Shown here: piece by piece, positions 34,584 to 45,510 of the stretch
How the letters are laid out: each line of letters starts with the position of its first letter
How positions within the stretch are numbered: the stretch's first letter is position 1
From: Treponema sp.
GTDB lineage: Bacteria; Spirochaetota; Spirochaetia; Treponematales; Treponemataceae
Direction of reading: 5' to 3'
DNA: 64,000 nucleotides
Assembly (NCBI GenBank): GCA_022010055.1
Contig: CP091737.1
Coordinates: forward strand, 472,076-536,075
The notes under the pieces: generated by a model
What the model was told of the DNA's origin: nothing
Database searches by the model: none
What the model saw: only the letters and a program-made list of their open reading frames with translations
Program-made: the position numbers and the translations under genes

Positions 34584-35864
34584 CTATGTCCTGTAGTCTC
34601 CGTTGATTTTTACATAGTCGTAAGTCAGGTCGCAGCCCCATGCTGTTCCGGAACAGTTTCCGTCGCCGCATTGAACAAGAATTTCCACAGCCTCTTCGCT
34701 CATTATTTTTTTAGCTTTATCTTCGTCAAAATTTTCAGGAACACCGTCTTTGTATACAAGAACGCTGTTTTCTCCGTGAACGTTAAAGTCTTCGTAGTCC
34801 TCAAAGTAACGTTTTGCGTTTCCTTTGCTCGTAAACCAGATGCTTGTCTTTTCAGGGGTAAAATCAATTCCGCTGTAGCCCATTGCGCACAAAAATCTTC
34901 CAAAATTGGCGTCGCTTCCGAACATTGCGGCTTTTACAAGTGAAGAAGAAATTACCTCTTTTGCAAGTCCCCGCGCATCTTCAACAGTTTTTGCGCCGTT
35001 TACAGTGCATTGAACAAGCCTGGTCGCGCCTTCGCCGTCCGCGGCGATTTTCATTGCCATTATCTTGTTCATTTTGTTAAGCGCGGCAAGAAAAACTTTG
35101 TAGTCTTCGTTTTCTTCCGTAATTTCCGGATTTTCTGCCATTCCGTTTGCAAGAAGTATAAGCGTATCGTTTGTTGAAGTATCGCCGTCTACGGAAACGC
35201 AGTTGTATGTTCCCTTTATCGATTCTCTTAGCGCTCTGTCTATCATTTCCGGGCTGATTGCCGCATCTGTTGTGATAAAAGAAAGCATTGTGCCAAGATT
35301 TATGTGAATCATTCCTGAGCCCTTGCACATTGTTCCCATTCGGCAGGTTTTTCCGCCAAGCTCAAATTCTACCGCGCATTCTTTGTATTTTGTGTCGGTT
35401 GTCATTATTGCAACGCGGGCTTCTTCGTGTCCTTTTTTAGAAAGCCCTTCTGCAAGCTCACTGATTTTTGCTTCAATTTTTTCAACAGGAAGCTGCGAGC
35501 CTATTACGCCGGTTGAACACACCGCGACATCTTCCGGTTTTACTCCAAGCGCATTTCCTGCAAGGCAAGCCATTTTGTATGCGGTTTTTGCGCCCTGCTC
35601 GCCGGTGCAGCAGTTTGCGTTTCCAGAGTTTGCAATAACAGCCTGAATGCGTCCGTCAGCGATATTCTTTTTTGTAAGTTTTACACTTTCCGCTTTTACA
35701 CGGTTTTGTGTAAAAACACCGGCTGCGGCGCAAGGTTTTTCAGAATAAATCAAAGCCGTGTCGTTTGTCTTTCTGCTCGCCTTGATGCGGCATAGAATGC
35801 CGTTCGCTGTAAATCCCCTGGCGGCAGTAACGCCACCTTCAATGAATTTAATTTCAGACTGCAT
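34584..35864 (-). CDS. argJ: Ornithine acetyltransferase
   Basis: NSGNAN, STGVIG, KGSGMI..NLGTML, DGEGAT and GCDLTYDYVKINGDYRT. Confidence 0.96.
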   Translation of the reverse strand: MQSEIKFIEGGVTAARGFTANGILCRIKASRKTNDTALIYSEKPCAAAGVFTQNRVKAESVKLTKKNIADGRIQAVIANSGNANCCTGEQGAKTAYKMACLAGNALGVKPEDVAVCSTGVIGSQLPVEKIEAKISELAEGLSKKGHEEARVAIMTTDTKYKECAVEFELGGKTCRMGTMCKGSGMIHINLGTMLSFITTDAAISPEMIDRALRESIKGTYNCVSVDGDTSTNDTLILLANGMAENPEITEENEDYKVFLAALNKMNKIMAMKIAADGEGATRLVQCTVNGAKTVEDARGLAKEVISSSLVKAAMFGSDANFGRFLCAMGYSGIDFTPEKTSIWFTSKGNAKRYFEDYEDFNVHGENSVLVYKDGVPENFDEDKAKKIMSEEAVEILVQCGDGNCSGTAWGCDLTYDYVKINGDYRT

Positions 35865-35896
35865 ATTTATACACTCCAATTGAATATTTTTACAAA
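35858..35896. promoter_or_regulatory. Tandem ARG boxes (ArgR operator) over the argJ RBS and start
   Basis: TGCATATTTATACA (35860-35873) and TGAATATTTTTACA (35881-35894), 21 bp apart (18+3); minus-strand TTGCTA-17-TATAAT promoter at 35926-35898. Confidence 0.75.
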
Positions 35897-35949
35897 AATT
35901 ATAATGATTTGAGATTTATATAGCAATAAAAATGATTTATTTTTGGATG

Positions 35950-36100
35950 GAAGATAAAACTAAAAGATATTGATTGTGAAAGAAATTGAATAAGCTACCA
36001 GAAAAAGCGCGTCAATCCGCTGTGCTTGCTATCACTCAGAATAGCGCGGTTGCCGCTTTCTTTTTCTTTCCGCTTATTCAATTTATTCATTTAGATAAAC
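35950..36100. mobile_element. MITE-like element remnant, family A-related
   Basis: tgcttgctatc...cggttgccgct...attcaatttatt matches 57691-57757. Confidence 0.55.
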
Positions 36101-36123
36101 TTTAAATTCTTTTTCCAGAAATG

Positions 36124-37050
36124 CTACTCAGCTTTTGCCTTTAGCGTTTCAGGATTTTTTGTGAATTTTTCCGTTTGGGTTTTTGTAAGCTCAAATTTGT
36201 GCGGTGTTCGGCTGCAGGTTCCATAGTATTTTGTTTCATCTCCGTTTTTCTGTTCAAAAATATCAACAGAAACTGTTTCCGAATTTGTAAAAAGATTGAA
36301 CGAAACCAGTTTGTCTTTTGGAAGCGCTGTTCCGTCGTCAATCCATGAAGTAATGTTCATGAATGCAACGTTCTGAATCCATTTTTTAGCTTCGGCTGAG
36401 TCAATTTCAAAGTCCGAAGTTCCTGAAATCTTCCACGAGTCAGAGCCTTTTGCGCTTTTTCCTGTCTCTTTTGTTAAAGTCCAGTTTTTTCCGCCCATAT
36501 CGACACTTGCGCCGGTAATATCGTTTTCTTCTATTGCATATACAGTTTTTGAACGCAAGGATTCTTCTGTCTTGTCAAAAGTTGAAATCAAATTTCCTGA
36601 AAAAAGATAAATGTCCTTTTTGCCGGAAACAGAGCCGTACGTCTGCGAGCCGGTAGGGCTGGTTTTTCCAAGCATAAGCGACTGGATTTCTTTTCCATCC
36701 TTAAATGCCCTTACAAAAGTTGCTCGTGACTCAGAAAGACTGTATTTTTCATCATTGTCTGCGTTTCCAAGACGAGCGATTTTATCAAGAATTTTTACTT
36801 CCTGAATTTCTTTTATCATTTTTTCAACGTCATATTTGTTTGCAATGTAATTGTCTGAACCGACCTGCCATCCAAAGCCGTTTTTAGTAAGTTCAATTGT
36901 CTTTCCGTCTTTTGTTATTGTGATTGCGTCAGGTTCTGCGTCAGTTTTTATAGTCTTTACAGGACTTATCGCTCCTGTTATTCCCTGAATAATGCAAACG
37001 GCAAGCAAAAATGCAAAAACCGCAAGAAGCGCTATTTTTCTGGTTTTCAT
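36124..37050 (-). CDS. DUF4340-type exported protein
   Basis: N-terminal TM; LGKTSPTGSQTY motif; follows gldG-like gene. Confidence 0.75.
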   Translation of the reverse strand: MKTRKIALLAVFAFLLAVCIIQGITGAISPVKTIKTDAEPDAITITKDGKTIELTKNGFGWQVGSDNYIANKYDVEKMIKEIQEVKILDKIARLGNADNDEKYSLSESRATFVRAFKDGKEIQSLMLGKTSPTGSQTYGSVSGKKDIYLFSGNLISTFDKTEESLRSKTVYAIEENDITGASVDMGGKNWTLTKETGKSAKGSDSWKISGTSDFEIDSAEAKKWIQNVAFMNITSWIDDGTALPKDKLVSFNLFTNSETVSVDIFEQKNGDETKYYGTCSRTPHKFELTKTQTEKFTKNPETLKAKAE

Positions 37051-37073
37051 TTTTATTTCCTTCCTTGTTTATT

Positions 37074-39123
37074 CTATTTTATTTCGCGTCTGTCATTCGG
37101 ATTGTATTTGTCGTGGATTTTTCTTCTTCTTATTGAACGTATTCTCCACATAATAAATCCTGCGGCTGCCGCAAGAATTGCAAGTCCAAACTGATTGAAA
37201 TATCTTATGATTAAAGCCAAAGCGCCGTTCGTGTTCTGCATTGTGTTCAGAGAAAGTCCTTTTGTTCTCATTGAGCAGAGCTCGGCATTTCCGTTCATGT
37301 AGTCCACCGCGTTTCTTATGAACATTGCGATTGGCTCGGAGCCGTCTTCGTTGATAAGCTGATTAGAGGCCGCATACGCTGTATTTACGGCAAAAATCCG
37401 TCCGGTCTGAGTTCCTTTCGACAGATGTACTGTTGTCTTCAGGCCGTCTTTTTCGGTCTCAGAATTCTGTTTTTCGGCCGGGTTTTCTGCGAATGCGCTC
37501 GGGAATTTTCCTTCAACAAGAACTGCAAGGTTATGGCTTTTGTAAATTGACTTGTCGTAAGGTGTCTGCATATTCGGGCCAATGTCAAAATTTTGCGTCA
37601 TAGTCCATGATTTCGGCGAAGATTTTGCAAGAACAGAAACTTTTAAATCCTTGTTTTTTGCCGCTTCTTCCGTGGAAATTTCGCCCGGCTGAAGTAGTAT
37701 CACATATCCAAGGTTCTTTGAAATTACATTTTTCTGCAAAAGCTGCTGTTTCGCGAGCATCGGGGCCCAGTACATTCTGATTTTGCCGTAGCCCTGCTGG
37801 TTGTAGGTGTAGCAGTCTTCGTCAAAAACGTAGTTTGATTCAAGTTTCATTCCGTATTTTTCAAGGATTTCATTCAGGCCTGTGTCTATTTTTTCGTAGC
37901 TTGGCGCCTGATAGTAATTTTCCTGTGTTGAATTGAACGGATCCTGGAAAATCATGATGTTTCCGCCTTTAAGCAGGAACTGGTCGATTTTGTAAAGCTC
38001 TGATTCCGCGAACTTTTCTTTAGGAGCGTTGATTACGATAGTGTTTATGTTCAGTGGAATATCGTTTTCTGAAAGTTTTATTTCTTTGAACGAATATGAA
38101 TCCGAAAGGATTTTCTTGAAATTCGTATCGCTTCCGTTCTGGTCAGAAAGTTCCGCCTCGCTATGGCCCGTTATGTATCCGATTTCCGTAGATTTTGAAA
38201 GAAGGCTTTCCAGGCTTCCAGAAAGGTTTTCTTCTATATTATCTAGTCCTGAAATTCCGTAGCCAAAGAAAGACCTCTGGATTGAAAGTGGAACTGTTCT
38301 GAATGCTCCGTTGTGTTCAATCACAAGACCGAAAATTCCTTTTCCTTCAGTGCCGTTCTTGTTCTGCCAGTTTATAAGCTGAAGTCCGTATTTGTCGGCG
38401 ATGGAATCCATCTCCTCTTCGTCCGGGCTTTCTGAGTCAAATGTAAGGCGGTTCTTGTTCTTGTGGTTCACAGAATTGAATGCAGTCTGCGCCAGCTTCT
38501 GTACATTTTCAAAATTTGCAATTCTGAACTGGTCAAGGCCGTCGCTTGTGTAAAGGGTTACGCGGATTTTGTCGTCTGCGGAAAGGCCTGCGAGCGTGTC
38601 AGCCTGGGAAATCATTTGAAATTTTAGTCGTAAGGTTGTACTCAAAACCGGCGTCGCTTGAAATTCCATCAATAGTTTCAATTGAATCGCCGTAAGTTAT
38701 CGCAAGTCCCATCCATACCTGCTTTACGCCGACTTCGCTGTTCTTTACCTGCTGAATCTGAACCTGTCTTAATCCGTAGCCGGTCGCTATCCGCTGATTT
38801 TCCTGTTTTTTCATGTTGAAAAACTGGTAGCTGAAATTCTTATTTGCGGCGCCTTTGTACTCCACCAGAATATCTTTTACGTACTGGGCGGTTGCGTTGT
38901 AAGGCGCCGGAAGGTTGTCGCTGAAAAAGACTTTTACAGAAAGCGGCTCAGTCAGATTTTTTACTGTGTTTTTAGAAGCCTCGCTTATTGAATAAGAGCC
39001 CTGGCTTGTCAAGTCTATTCTGAAAAATGCTTTTCGTCCTGCAAGATTTGCAAGGACAAGAATCATTGCAAAAATTACAAAATCGCTCTTTGGACTTTTT
39101 ATCCATTCAAGAAATCTTTTCAT
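37074..39123 (-). CDS. GldG-family ABC auxiliary protein (frameshift near 38610)
   Basis: RIDLTSQGSYSIS, GYITGHSE, IDQFLLKGG and C-terminal TM. Confidence 0.85.
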
Positions 39124-39125
39124 TG

Positions 39126-39848
39126 TTATCTTGCCTCCTTTTCCTGTGTTACTACTGTAAGGCTAAAAAATAATGCTGTAAGCGAAACGAAATAAATAAT
39201 ATCGCGGGAGTCAATTATTCCGCGCGAAATAGATGTGAAATGTTCGTTTGCGCTCAAAAACTGAAGGAATCCTACAATCGGAGCAGGTAAGAAGATAAGA
39301 AAATCGCTTACCATCGTAAGTGAGATGCAGATTATGAATGCGGTAAAAAACGATATAATCTGATTTTTTGTGATTGATGAGGCGAAGATTCCGATTGCGC
39401 TGAAAGCCGCGCACAGGAACAGCGCTCCGATATATCCGCCTGCAACCGGTCCCGCATCCGGCGCTCCAAAAGGCAGCATTCCGAAAAGGTAAAGCAGTGT
39501 AGGCGCAATCATTATTGCTGACGCTGCGAAAGTTGCAAGGAATTTTCCGGCTGCAACGTCAAATTCCGTAACAGGAAGTGTGTATAGGGTTTCTATTGAC
39601 CCGACTCGTTTTTCTTCGGCGTAGACGCGCATTGTAAGGGCAGGAATAAAAAACGAAAGAATTAAAGGAAGCATCTGGAACAGATTTCTCATGGATGCCC
39701 TGTTCTGAAGGTAAAACGCCGTAAAAAACATTGTTCCTGCAAGAATCAGAAACAATCCTGTGACAATATATGCAATCGGGCTTGCGAAATATGCGGCGAA
39801 TTCACGCTTGAAAATTACAACCGCCGGATTTTTAACTTTATTTTTCAT
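39126..39848 (-). CDS. GldF-like ABC-2 permease
   Basis: REFAAYFASPIAY, TMRVYAEEKRVG and SSITKNQI. Confidence 0.88.
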   Translation of the reverse strand: MKNKVKNPAVVIFKREFAAYFASPIAYIVTGLFLILAGTMFFTAFYLQNRASMRNLFQMLPLILSFFIPALTMRVYAEEKRVGSIETLYTLPVTEFDVAAGKFLATFAASAIMIAPTLLYLFGMLPFGAPDAGPVAGGYIGALFLCAAFSAIGIFASSITKNQIISFFTAFIICISLTMVSDFLIFLPAPIVGFLQFLSANEHFTSISRGIIDSRDIIYFVSLTALFFSLTVVTQEKEAR

Positions 39849-40793
39849 TTTTCCGCTCCGTTTTCTGTGGTAAGTATATGGAATACGTCTTCAAGGCTGT
39901 TGCGCTGAAGAACCAGCTCGAATAGGCTGTATCCTGCGTTGATTACAGCCTTTGCGATTTCCGGGCGTATTTCTGTTGTCCCTTTTACGGAAAGAAGCGC
40001 CGTGGAGCCGTTTTCCGCTTTTTCAAAAGAAATGCCTTCAATTCCCTGGATGCCATTCAGAACTTCTGAAAGCTGGGCTTCGCCGGCGTCCGCGGTAACC
40101 TTGATTACTGCGGAATTTCCAAATCTCGTCCTTAGCTGGTCGGTCGGACTGTCTGCGACAAGTCTTCCTCCGCTTATTATGATTACGCGCGAGCAAAGCA
40201 TTTCTACTTCGCTTAATATGTGCGTTGAAATTATTACTGTCCTGGTTTCCGATTTCCTTTATCAATGAGCGGACTTCTTCAATCTGGTTCGGGTCAAGGC
40301 CGGAAGTGGGCTCGTCAAGAATAAGGATTTCCGGATCGTTCATAAGCGCGTGCGCAAGTCCTACGCGCTGTCTGTAGCCGCGGCTAAGGTCGCTTATGTT
40401 TTTGTGCATTACTTCTTCAAGGCCGCATTCCCTGCATAGAACCGGAACTTTTTCATCTGCGTTCTTTCCCTCTATGTCCGCGATGTAGTTCAGGTAGTCC
40501 GCGACAATCATGTCTCCGTAAAGCGGCGCGCTTTCCGGCATATAGCCTATTTTTCTTTTTGACTCAACCGGCTGTTCCGTGATGTCGATTCCATCGATTT
40601 TTACAGAACCGTCTGTCGGCTTTAGAAATCCGGTAATCATTCGCATTGTTGTTGTTTTTCCAGCTCCGTTAGGTCCAAGAAGACCTACAATCTGTCCTGT
40701 TGGAATGGAAAAACTTACATCGTTTACCGCCCGGAATGTTCCGAATGTACGGGAAACGTGAGATACTTCGATCATACTTTTTATATCCTCCAA
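39845..40793 (-). CDS. GldA-like ABC ATPase (frameshift near 40245)
   Basis: GPNGAGKTT, LSRGYRQR and ILDEPTSGLDP. Confidence 0.92.
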
Positions 40794-40880
40794 TATTTTG
40801 CCTTTTTTTCAGTCTGTTTAAAAAAAAGAGCTGTTTTGTTCAGCCCTTGTATAAAATTAAACAAAGTTTTTCGCGAAATG

Positions 40881-41195
40881 TTACGAAAGTTTGTTCAGTT
40901 CTTTTTCATATTTTCTGTCTTTGGCTTCTTTTGCCGGCCTGTAAAGGATTGCGACGTTTCCAATGAGTCTTACAAGGATTGCGCCGGTCGCATCCGTTAT
41001 TCCTTCCGTAAGCTCGCGCTTTTCATCCTTAAAGTCGTTGAACTTTACTTTTATAAGCTCGTGGTGTCCAAGGTCTGTGTCGATTTTTCCGGTTACGCCC
41101 TCTGAAACTCCGCCTGCTCCCACGATTACCACAGGGTCGATTCTGTTCGCGTGTTTTTCAAGAAGTTTTCTCTGTTTGCTGTTTAAAGTCATCAT
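40881..41195 (-). CDS. yhbY: YhbY/CRM-domain RNA-binding protein
   Basis: QRKLL..HA...PVV.VG..G, HELIKVK and IGNVAILYR. Confidence 0.9.
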   Translation of the reverse strand: MMTLNSKQRKLLEKHANRIDPVVIVGAGGVSEGVTGKIDTDLGHHELIKVKFNDFKDEKRELTEGITDATGAILVRLIGNVAILYRPAKEAKDRKYEKELNKLS

Positions 41196-41341
41196 AATCA
41201 TACATTCTATCAAAAAAACGACTATTGAACAACATTTCATCTTTTAGTATTATTGATAAACGGACTTTTGGAGATATTTTCTAAAAGCCCGAGTCTGCTA
41301 AAATTTAAATAGTAAATTTATTTTTTTTAAGAGGTAACAAT

Positions 41342-43445
41342 ATGGCTTTTGATATTTCAAAGATGAGAAATATCGGTATCAGTGCTCACATTGACTCAGG
41401 AAAGACAACAACTTCAGAACGAATTTTGTTCTATTGTAACAAAATTCATGCAATTCACGAAGTTCGCGGTAAAGACGGTGTTGGTGCTGTTATGGACAAC
41501 ATGGAACTGGAACGTGAGCGTGGTATCACAATCCAGTCTGCAGCAACACAGGTACAGTGGAAAGATTACACAATCAACCTTATCGATACTCCAGGTCACG
41601 TAGACTTTACGGTAGAAGTTGAACGTTCGCTTCGCGTTCTTGACGGTGCTATTATGATTCTTTGTGCCGTTGCAGGTGTTCAGTCTCAGTCAATTACTGT
41701 AGACCGCCAGTTGAAACGTTATCATGTACCTCGCGTGGCATTTGTAAACAAGTGTGACCGCCAGGGAGCAAATCCGCTCCGCGTAAGAATGCAGCTCCGC
41801 GAAAAACTCGGTTTGAACGCATATATGATGGAGCTTCCAATCGGTCTTGAAGACAAGCTTGAAGGTGTTGTAGACCTTATCAGCCAGAAAGCCGTTTATT
41901 TTGACGGACCTAACGGAGAAGAGCTTCGCTATGCTGATGTTCCTGCAAATATGGTTGAAGATGTAAAGAAGTACCGCAAGGAGCTTATTGAAGCTGCGAT
42001 TAACTTTGACGACGCTCTTATGGAAGATGCGATGATGGACGAGGAGAACGATTACGCTAACCTCGACCAGGAAAAGATTATCGCGGCAATCCGCAAGGGA
42101 ACAATTTCTGAGCAGTTTGTTGGTGTATTCTGCGGTTCTGCCCACGTAAACAAGGGTATTCAGCCGCTTTTGGACGCTGTAGTTCGCTATCTTCCGGCTC
42201 CGAACGAAGTAAAGAACGTTGCTCTTGACCTTGACAACAACGAGGCTGAAGTTGAGCTTGAATCTGTAGACAACAAGCCTTGCGTGGCATTGGCATTTAA
42301 GCTTGATGACGGTCAGTACGGACAGTTGACATATACACGTGTTTATCAGGGAAATCAAGAAGGGCGAAGAGCTTTACAATACACGTTCAAAGAAAAGATT
42401 TAAGGTTGGACGCCTTGTTCGTATGAATTCGGCTCAAATGGAAGATATTAACGAAGGTTGCGCAGGTGATATTGTCGCTCTCTTCGGTGTTGACTGCGCT
42501 TCAGGCGATACATTCGTAAACGGCGGTTTGAACCTGTCTATGGCTTCTATGTACGTTCCTGAGCCTGTAATTTCCCTGTCTATCACTCCAAAAGATAAGC
42601 AGGCTGCCATGCAGCTGTCTAAGGCTTTGAACCGCTTTACAAAGGAAGACCCTACATTCCAGACATTCACAGACCCTGAATCAAACGAAACGATTATCAA
42701 GGGAATGGGTGAGCTTCACCTTGCCGTATATGTTGAACGAATGAAGCGTGAATACAACTGCGAAGTTGTTACTGGTGCACCTCAAGTTGCATACCGCGAA
42801 TCAATTACTGCACGCGGCGACTTTAACTATACTCATAAAAAGCAGACTGGTGGTTCTGGTCAGTACGGCCGTGTTGCCGGATTCATGGAACCGGATTCAG
42901 AAAAAGACTACGAATTTATCGATGCAATCAAGGGCGGCGCTATTCCTAACGAATATATCCCGTCTTGCGACAAGGGTTTCCAGAAAGCAATGAAGGAAGG
43001 TTCATTGATTGGAGCTCAGATTGTTGGTGTTAAGATTACAATCAACGATGGTCAGTATCACCCGGTAGACTCTAGCGATAACGCTTTCCAGATTGCCGCT
43101 ATCGGCGCTTTCCGCGAAGGTTATATGAAGGCAAAGCCGGTTATTCTTGAACCTATTATGAAAGTTCAGATTGCCGCTCCAAACGAATTCCAGGGTAACG
43201 TATTTGGTCTTATCAACCAGCGCCGTGGTATTATTGGTGAGACAACTGATGAGAACAACACATCTGTAGTAAATGCAGAAGTTCCACTTTCTGAAATGTT
43301 CGGATTCTCAACAATTCTCCGCTCTTCAACACAGGGAAAAGGTGAATTCACAATGGAATTCGAAAAATACGGCAAAGTTCCAAACGCAGTAGCAGAAGAA
43401 CTCATCAAGAAACACCAGGAAGAAAGGGCTAAAGGTAACAAATAG
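41342..43445 (+). CDS. fusA: Elongation factor G (frameshift near 42350)
   Basis: [30 protein letters not shown] and [10 protein letters not shown]. Confidence 0.97.
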
Positions 43446-43456
43446 AAGAACCGTTA

Positions 43457-43488
43457 AAAAATCTTGTGGCCTTAAGCCGCAAGATTTT
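43457..43488 (+). terminator. Intrinsic terminator after fusA
   Basis: aaaatcttgtggc-cttaa-gccgcaagatttt. Confidence 0.75.
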
Positions 43489-43559
43489 AGGTTCATCCTT
43501 ATAGTAAATGCACTTTCACAAGAAATTGTATGTTGCATTGATTTAGGATTTACCTATTT

Positions 43560-43765
43560 AACCCTAGTGTCGAGTTTTTTGAAAAAAAAAATAAAAGCAT
43601 AGGCAGATTTACAGTTTGTGAAGATTTTTGGCGATTGAATTAATTAAAGTGCGAAGCACCCGAATTAATACAAGCGAAGCGCGAGCCAAATCCATCTGAG
43701 CAAATTGGAAATATGCCGAAAGCGTTCTTTCAGAATTTAAAAAAAACTCGACATTCGGGCTATTT
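43560..43765. mobile_element. MITE-like element family A, full-length copy
   Basis: Terminal inverted repeats tgtcgagtttttt / aaaaaactcgaca; interior is the reverse complement of about 49770-49915. Confidence 0.8.
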
Positions 43766-43865
43766 TAAATCTGGTTTTCAGAAAAAATTGAATAGACTTT
43801 TTTTACAAGTGGACTTATCATTACTAAGTCCACTTTTTTCATTTTATGCAACTTTGGAGGATATA

Positions 43866-44543
43866 ATGGTAAAACAGGATTTGATTAATACAAGCCCGGT
43901 AAGATTTTTTAATGCTGTCGCTTGCGGCGGATTGAGCGCCGGCCAGATGGGGATAATTACTGCCAAAAAAGGTCTTGGTAAAACTTCCGTTCTTGTGCAG
44001 TTTGGAATAGATGCGCTGCTTTATGATAAGCATTTGGTTCACGTTTCTTTTGACCAGAAATCTTCCAACGTGATAGCCTGGTATGAAAGCGTTCTTGCAG
44101 AAATGGGAAAGAAGAAAAATATCGAGGATATGAACGAGTTGAGCGAATCTATTATCCGCAACCGTACGATTTTGAATTTCAATCAGGAGACTTTTACACT
44201 GCCGAAGGTTGTGAATACTCTAAAAGCCCTTAAGGAGGGCGGAGTCAAGGTGGAGGCTCTTGTAATAGACGGCGAGGATATGGATAAAGTTTCCGTAGAG
44301 GATGTTGAGTCTGTTTCAGATTTTGCGAAGGCGGAAGGCATTGAGGTATGGTTCAGCGGAACAAATGAAAACGCCGGGCTTTCAAAAACTGTTCGACCTG
44401 AAATTCTTCCGTTTTTTAACATTGTTGCCCACATCGGTTCTGACGGAAAAAACGTCATGCTTTCAGTGTTAAAAGCCGGCGGAAAAGAAACTTCATCAGC
44501 AGGTGTAAGGCTTGATGCAAAGACAATGCTGATGTGCGAGTGA
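43866..44543 (+). CDS. RecA/KaiC-like P-loop protein of unknown function
   Basis: GGLSAGQMGIITAKKGLGKT Walker A, HVSFD and LVID Walker B; GGAGG RBS. Confidence 0.7.
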   Translation: MVKQDLINTSPVRFFNAVACGGLSAGQMGIITAKKGLGKTSVLVQFGIDALLYDKHLVHVSFDQKSSNVIAWYESVLAEMGKKKNIEDMNELSESIIRNRTILNFNQETFTLPKVVNTLKALKEGGVKVEALVIDGEDMDKVSVEDVESVSDFAKAEGIEVWFSGTNENAGLSKTVRPEILPFFNIVAHIGSDGKNVMLSVLKAGGKETSSAGVRLDAKTMLMCE

Positions 44544-44558
44544 TTGTGCCGGGAAAAA

Positions 44559-45392
44559 CTATTGATTTTCTTTCCACGGGAAAAAGAACGCCTTGAAGCC
44601 TCTTGTAGGGTTCGCCTCGATGTCGTCTTTAAGGAGTTCCTTCCACGGAATCTTGCGGCGGGCCCTGCTGTTTAATGGCTCGCCTTTTTTGTCTAATTCT
44701 TCTATATAGTCATACTTTTTCATTATAAGGCGGAATGCGTTCGCGCGTGCCATTTGAACTCCGCACATTCCTGGAGCGATTCCGAGCATTATGATTGAAA
44801 TTGCGGCAAGGAACAGGTTGTAAAAGCCAAGCACGATTGAGACAAAAAGGTTGTCAAATAAAACGATGAAGCACTTTTTTACAGTCTTAAGGAACGGATT
44901 GTGCATGTATGCCCTTATAGACGGATACCAGAGCAGGGAAGCGATGATTATCAGCGCCGCCCAGATATAGCACACGCCGGCTAAAAGTCCTGCGAAAGAA
45001 ATCTGGCCGTTCTGCGGCTTAAGAAAATAAATTCCGCCGATTGCTGCTATTGAAGTTACCGCGACTAGCGAAAGTCCGTATTTTATTCCGTCTGTTATGC
45101 AGCTTTTTAACGATTTGAAGAAATCCTTGAACTCAACTGTTTCGTAGTCGGCGATTCCCTTTGAGGATTCCGCCCACGCAAGCGTGAAAATTGAAGAGCC
45201 GCAGACAAGCACCAGCGCAAGAAAAATCCAGATGTAAAGGAAAAAATCCGCGTTTTTGAAAACTGTTACTCCAAGACTGGAAATTCCGGTGCATAAAATA
45301 ATCAGCGCGTCAATCATAAGGTTTGGAACAAAAAAGAACATAACGTTGTCCCAGCCGTCGTAAAAATTCTTTTTAAAAAATAAACTAAGCAT
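44559..45392 (-). CDS. Hypothetical multi-pass membrane protein
   Basis: About six hydrophobic segments; 277-aa ORF. Confidence 0.75.
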   Translation of the reverse strand: MLSLFFKKNFYDGWDNVMFFFVPNLMIDALIILCTGISSLGVTVFKNADFFLYIWIFLALVLVCGSSIFTLAWAESSKGIADYETVEFKDFFKSLKSCITDGIKYGLSLVAVTSIAAIGGIYFLKPQNGQISFAGLLAGVCYIWAALIIIASLLWYPSIRAYMHNPFLKTVKKCFIVLFDNLFVSIVLGFYNLFLAAISIIMLGIAPGMCGVQMARANAFRLIMKKYDYIEELDKKGEPLNSRARRKIPWKELLKDDIEANPTRGFKAFFFPWKENQ

Positions 45393-45510
45393 ATAAAGAA
45401 TATAGCAGTAATCTCCAGTTTTTAACAGAGAATTATTTTGTATATCTGCCGTTTTGGTTTATAATATCTTTTAGAACAGAGAGATTCTTCTTGTAGAAGG
45501 GTTTGATTTA

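Noticed and set aside
36124..40793. Gliding motility system
   Set aside because: GldA/F/G-like ABC modules are widespread in non-gliding bacteria; no other gld or T9SS genes here.
43713..43865. N-terminal extensions in the ORF track (also for guaA and coaBC)
   Set aside because: They run through repeat elements or upstream genes; the recognisable protein begins at downstream ATGs.
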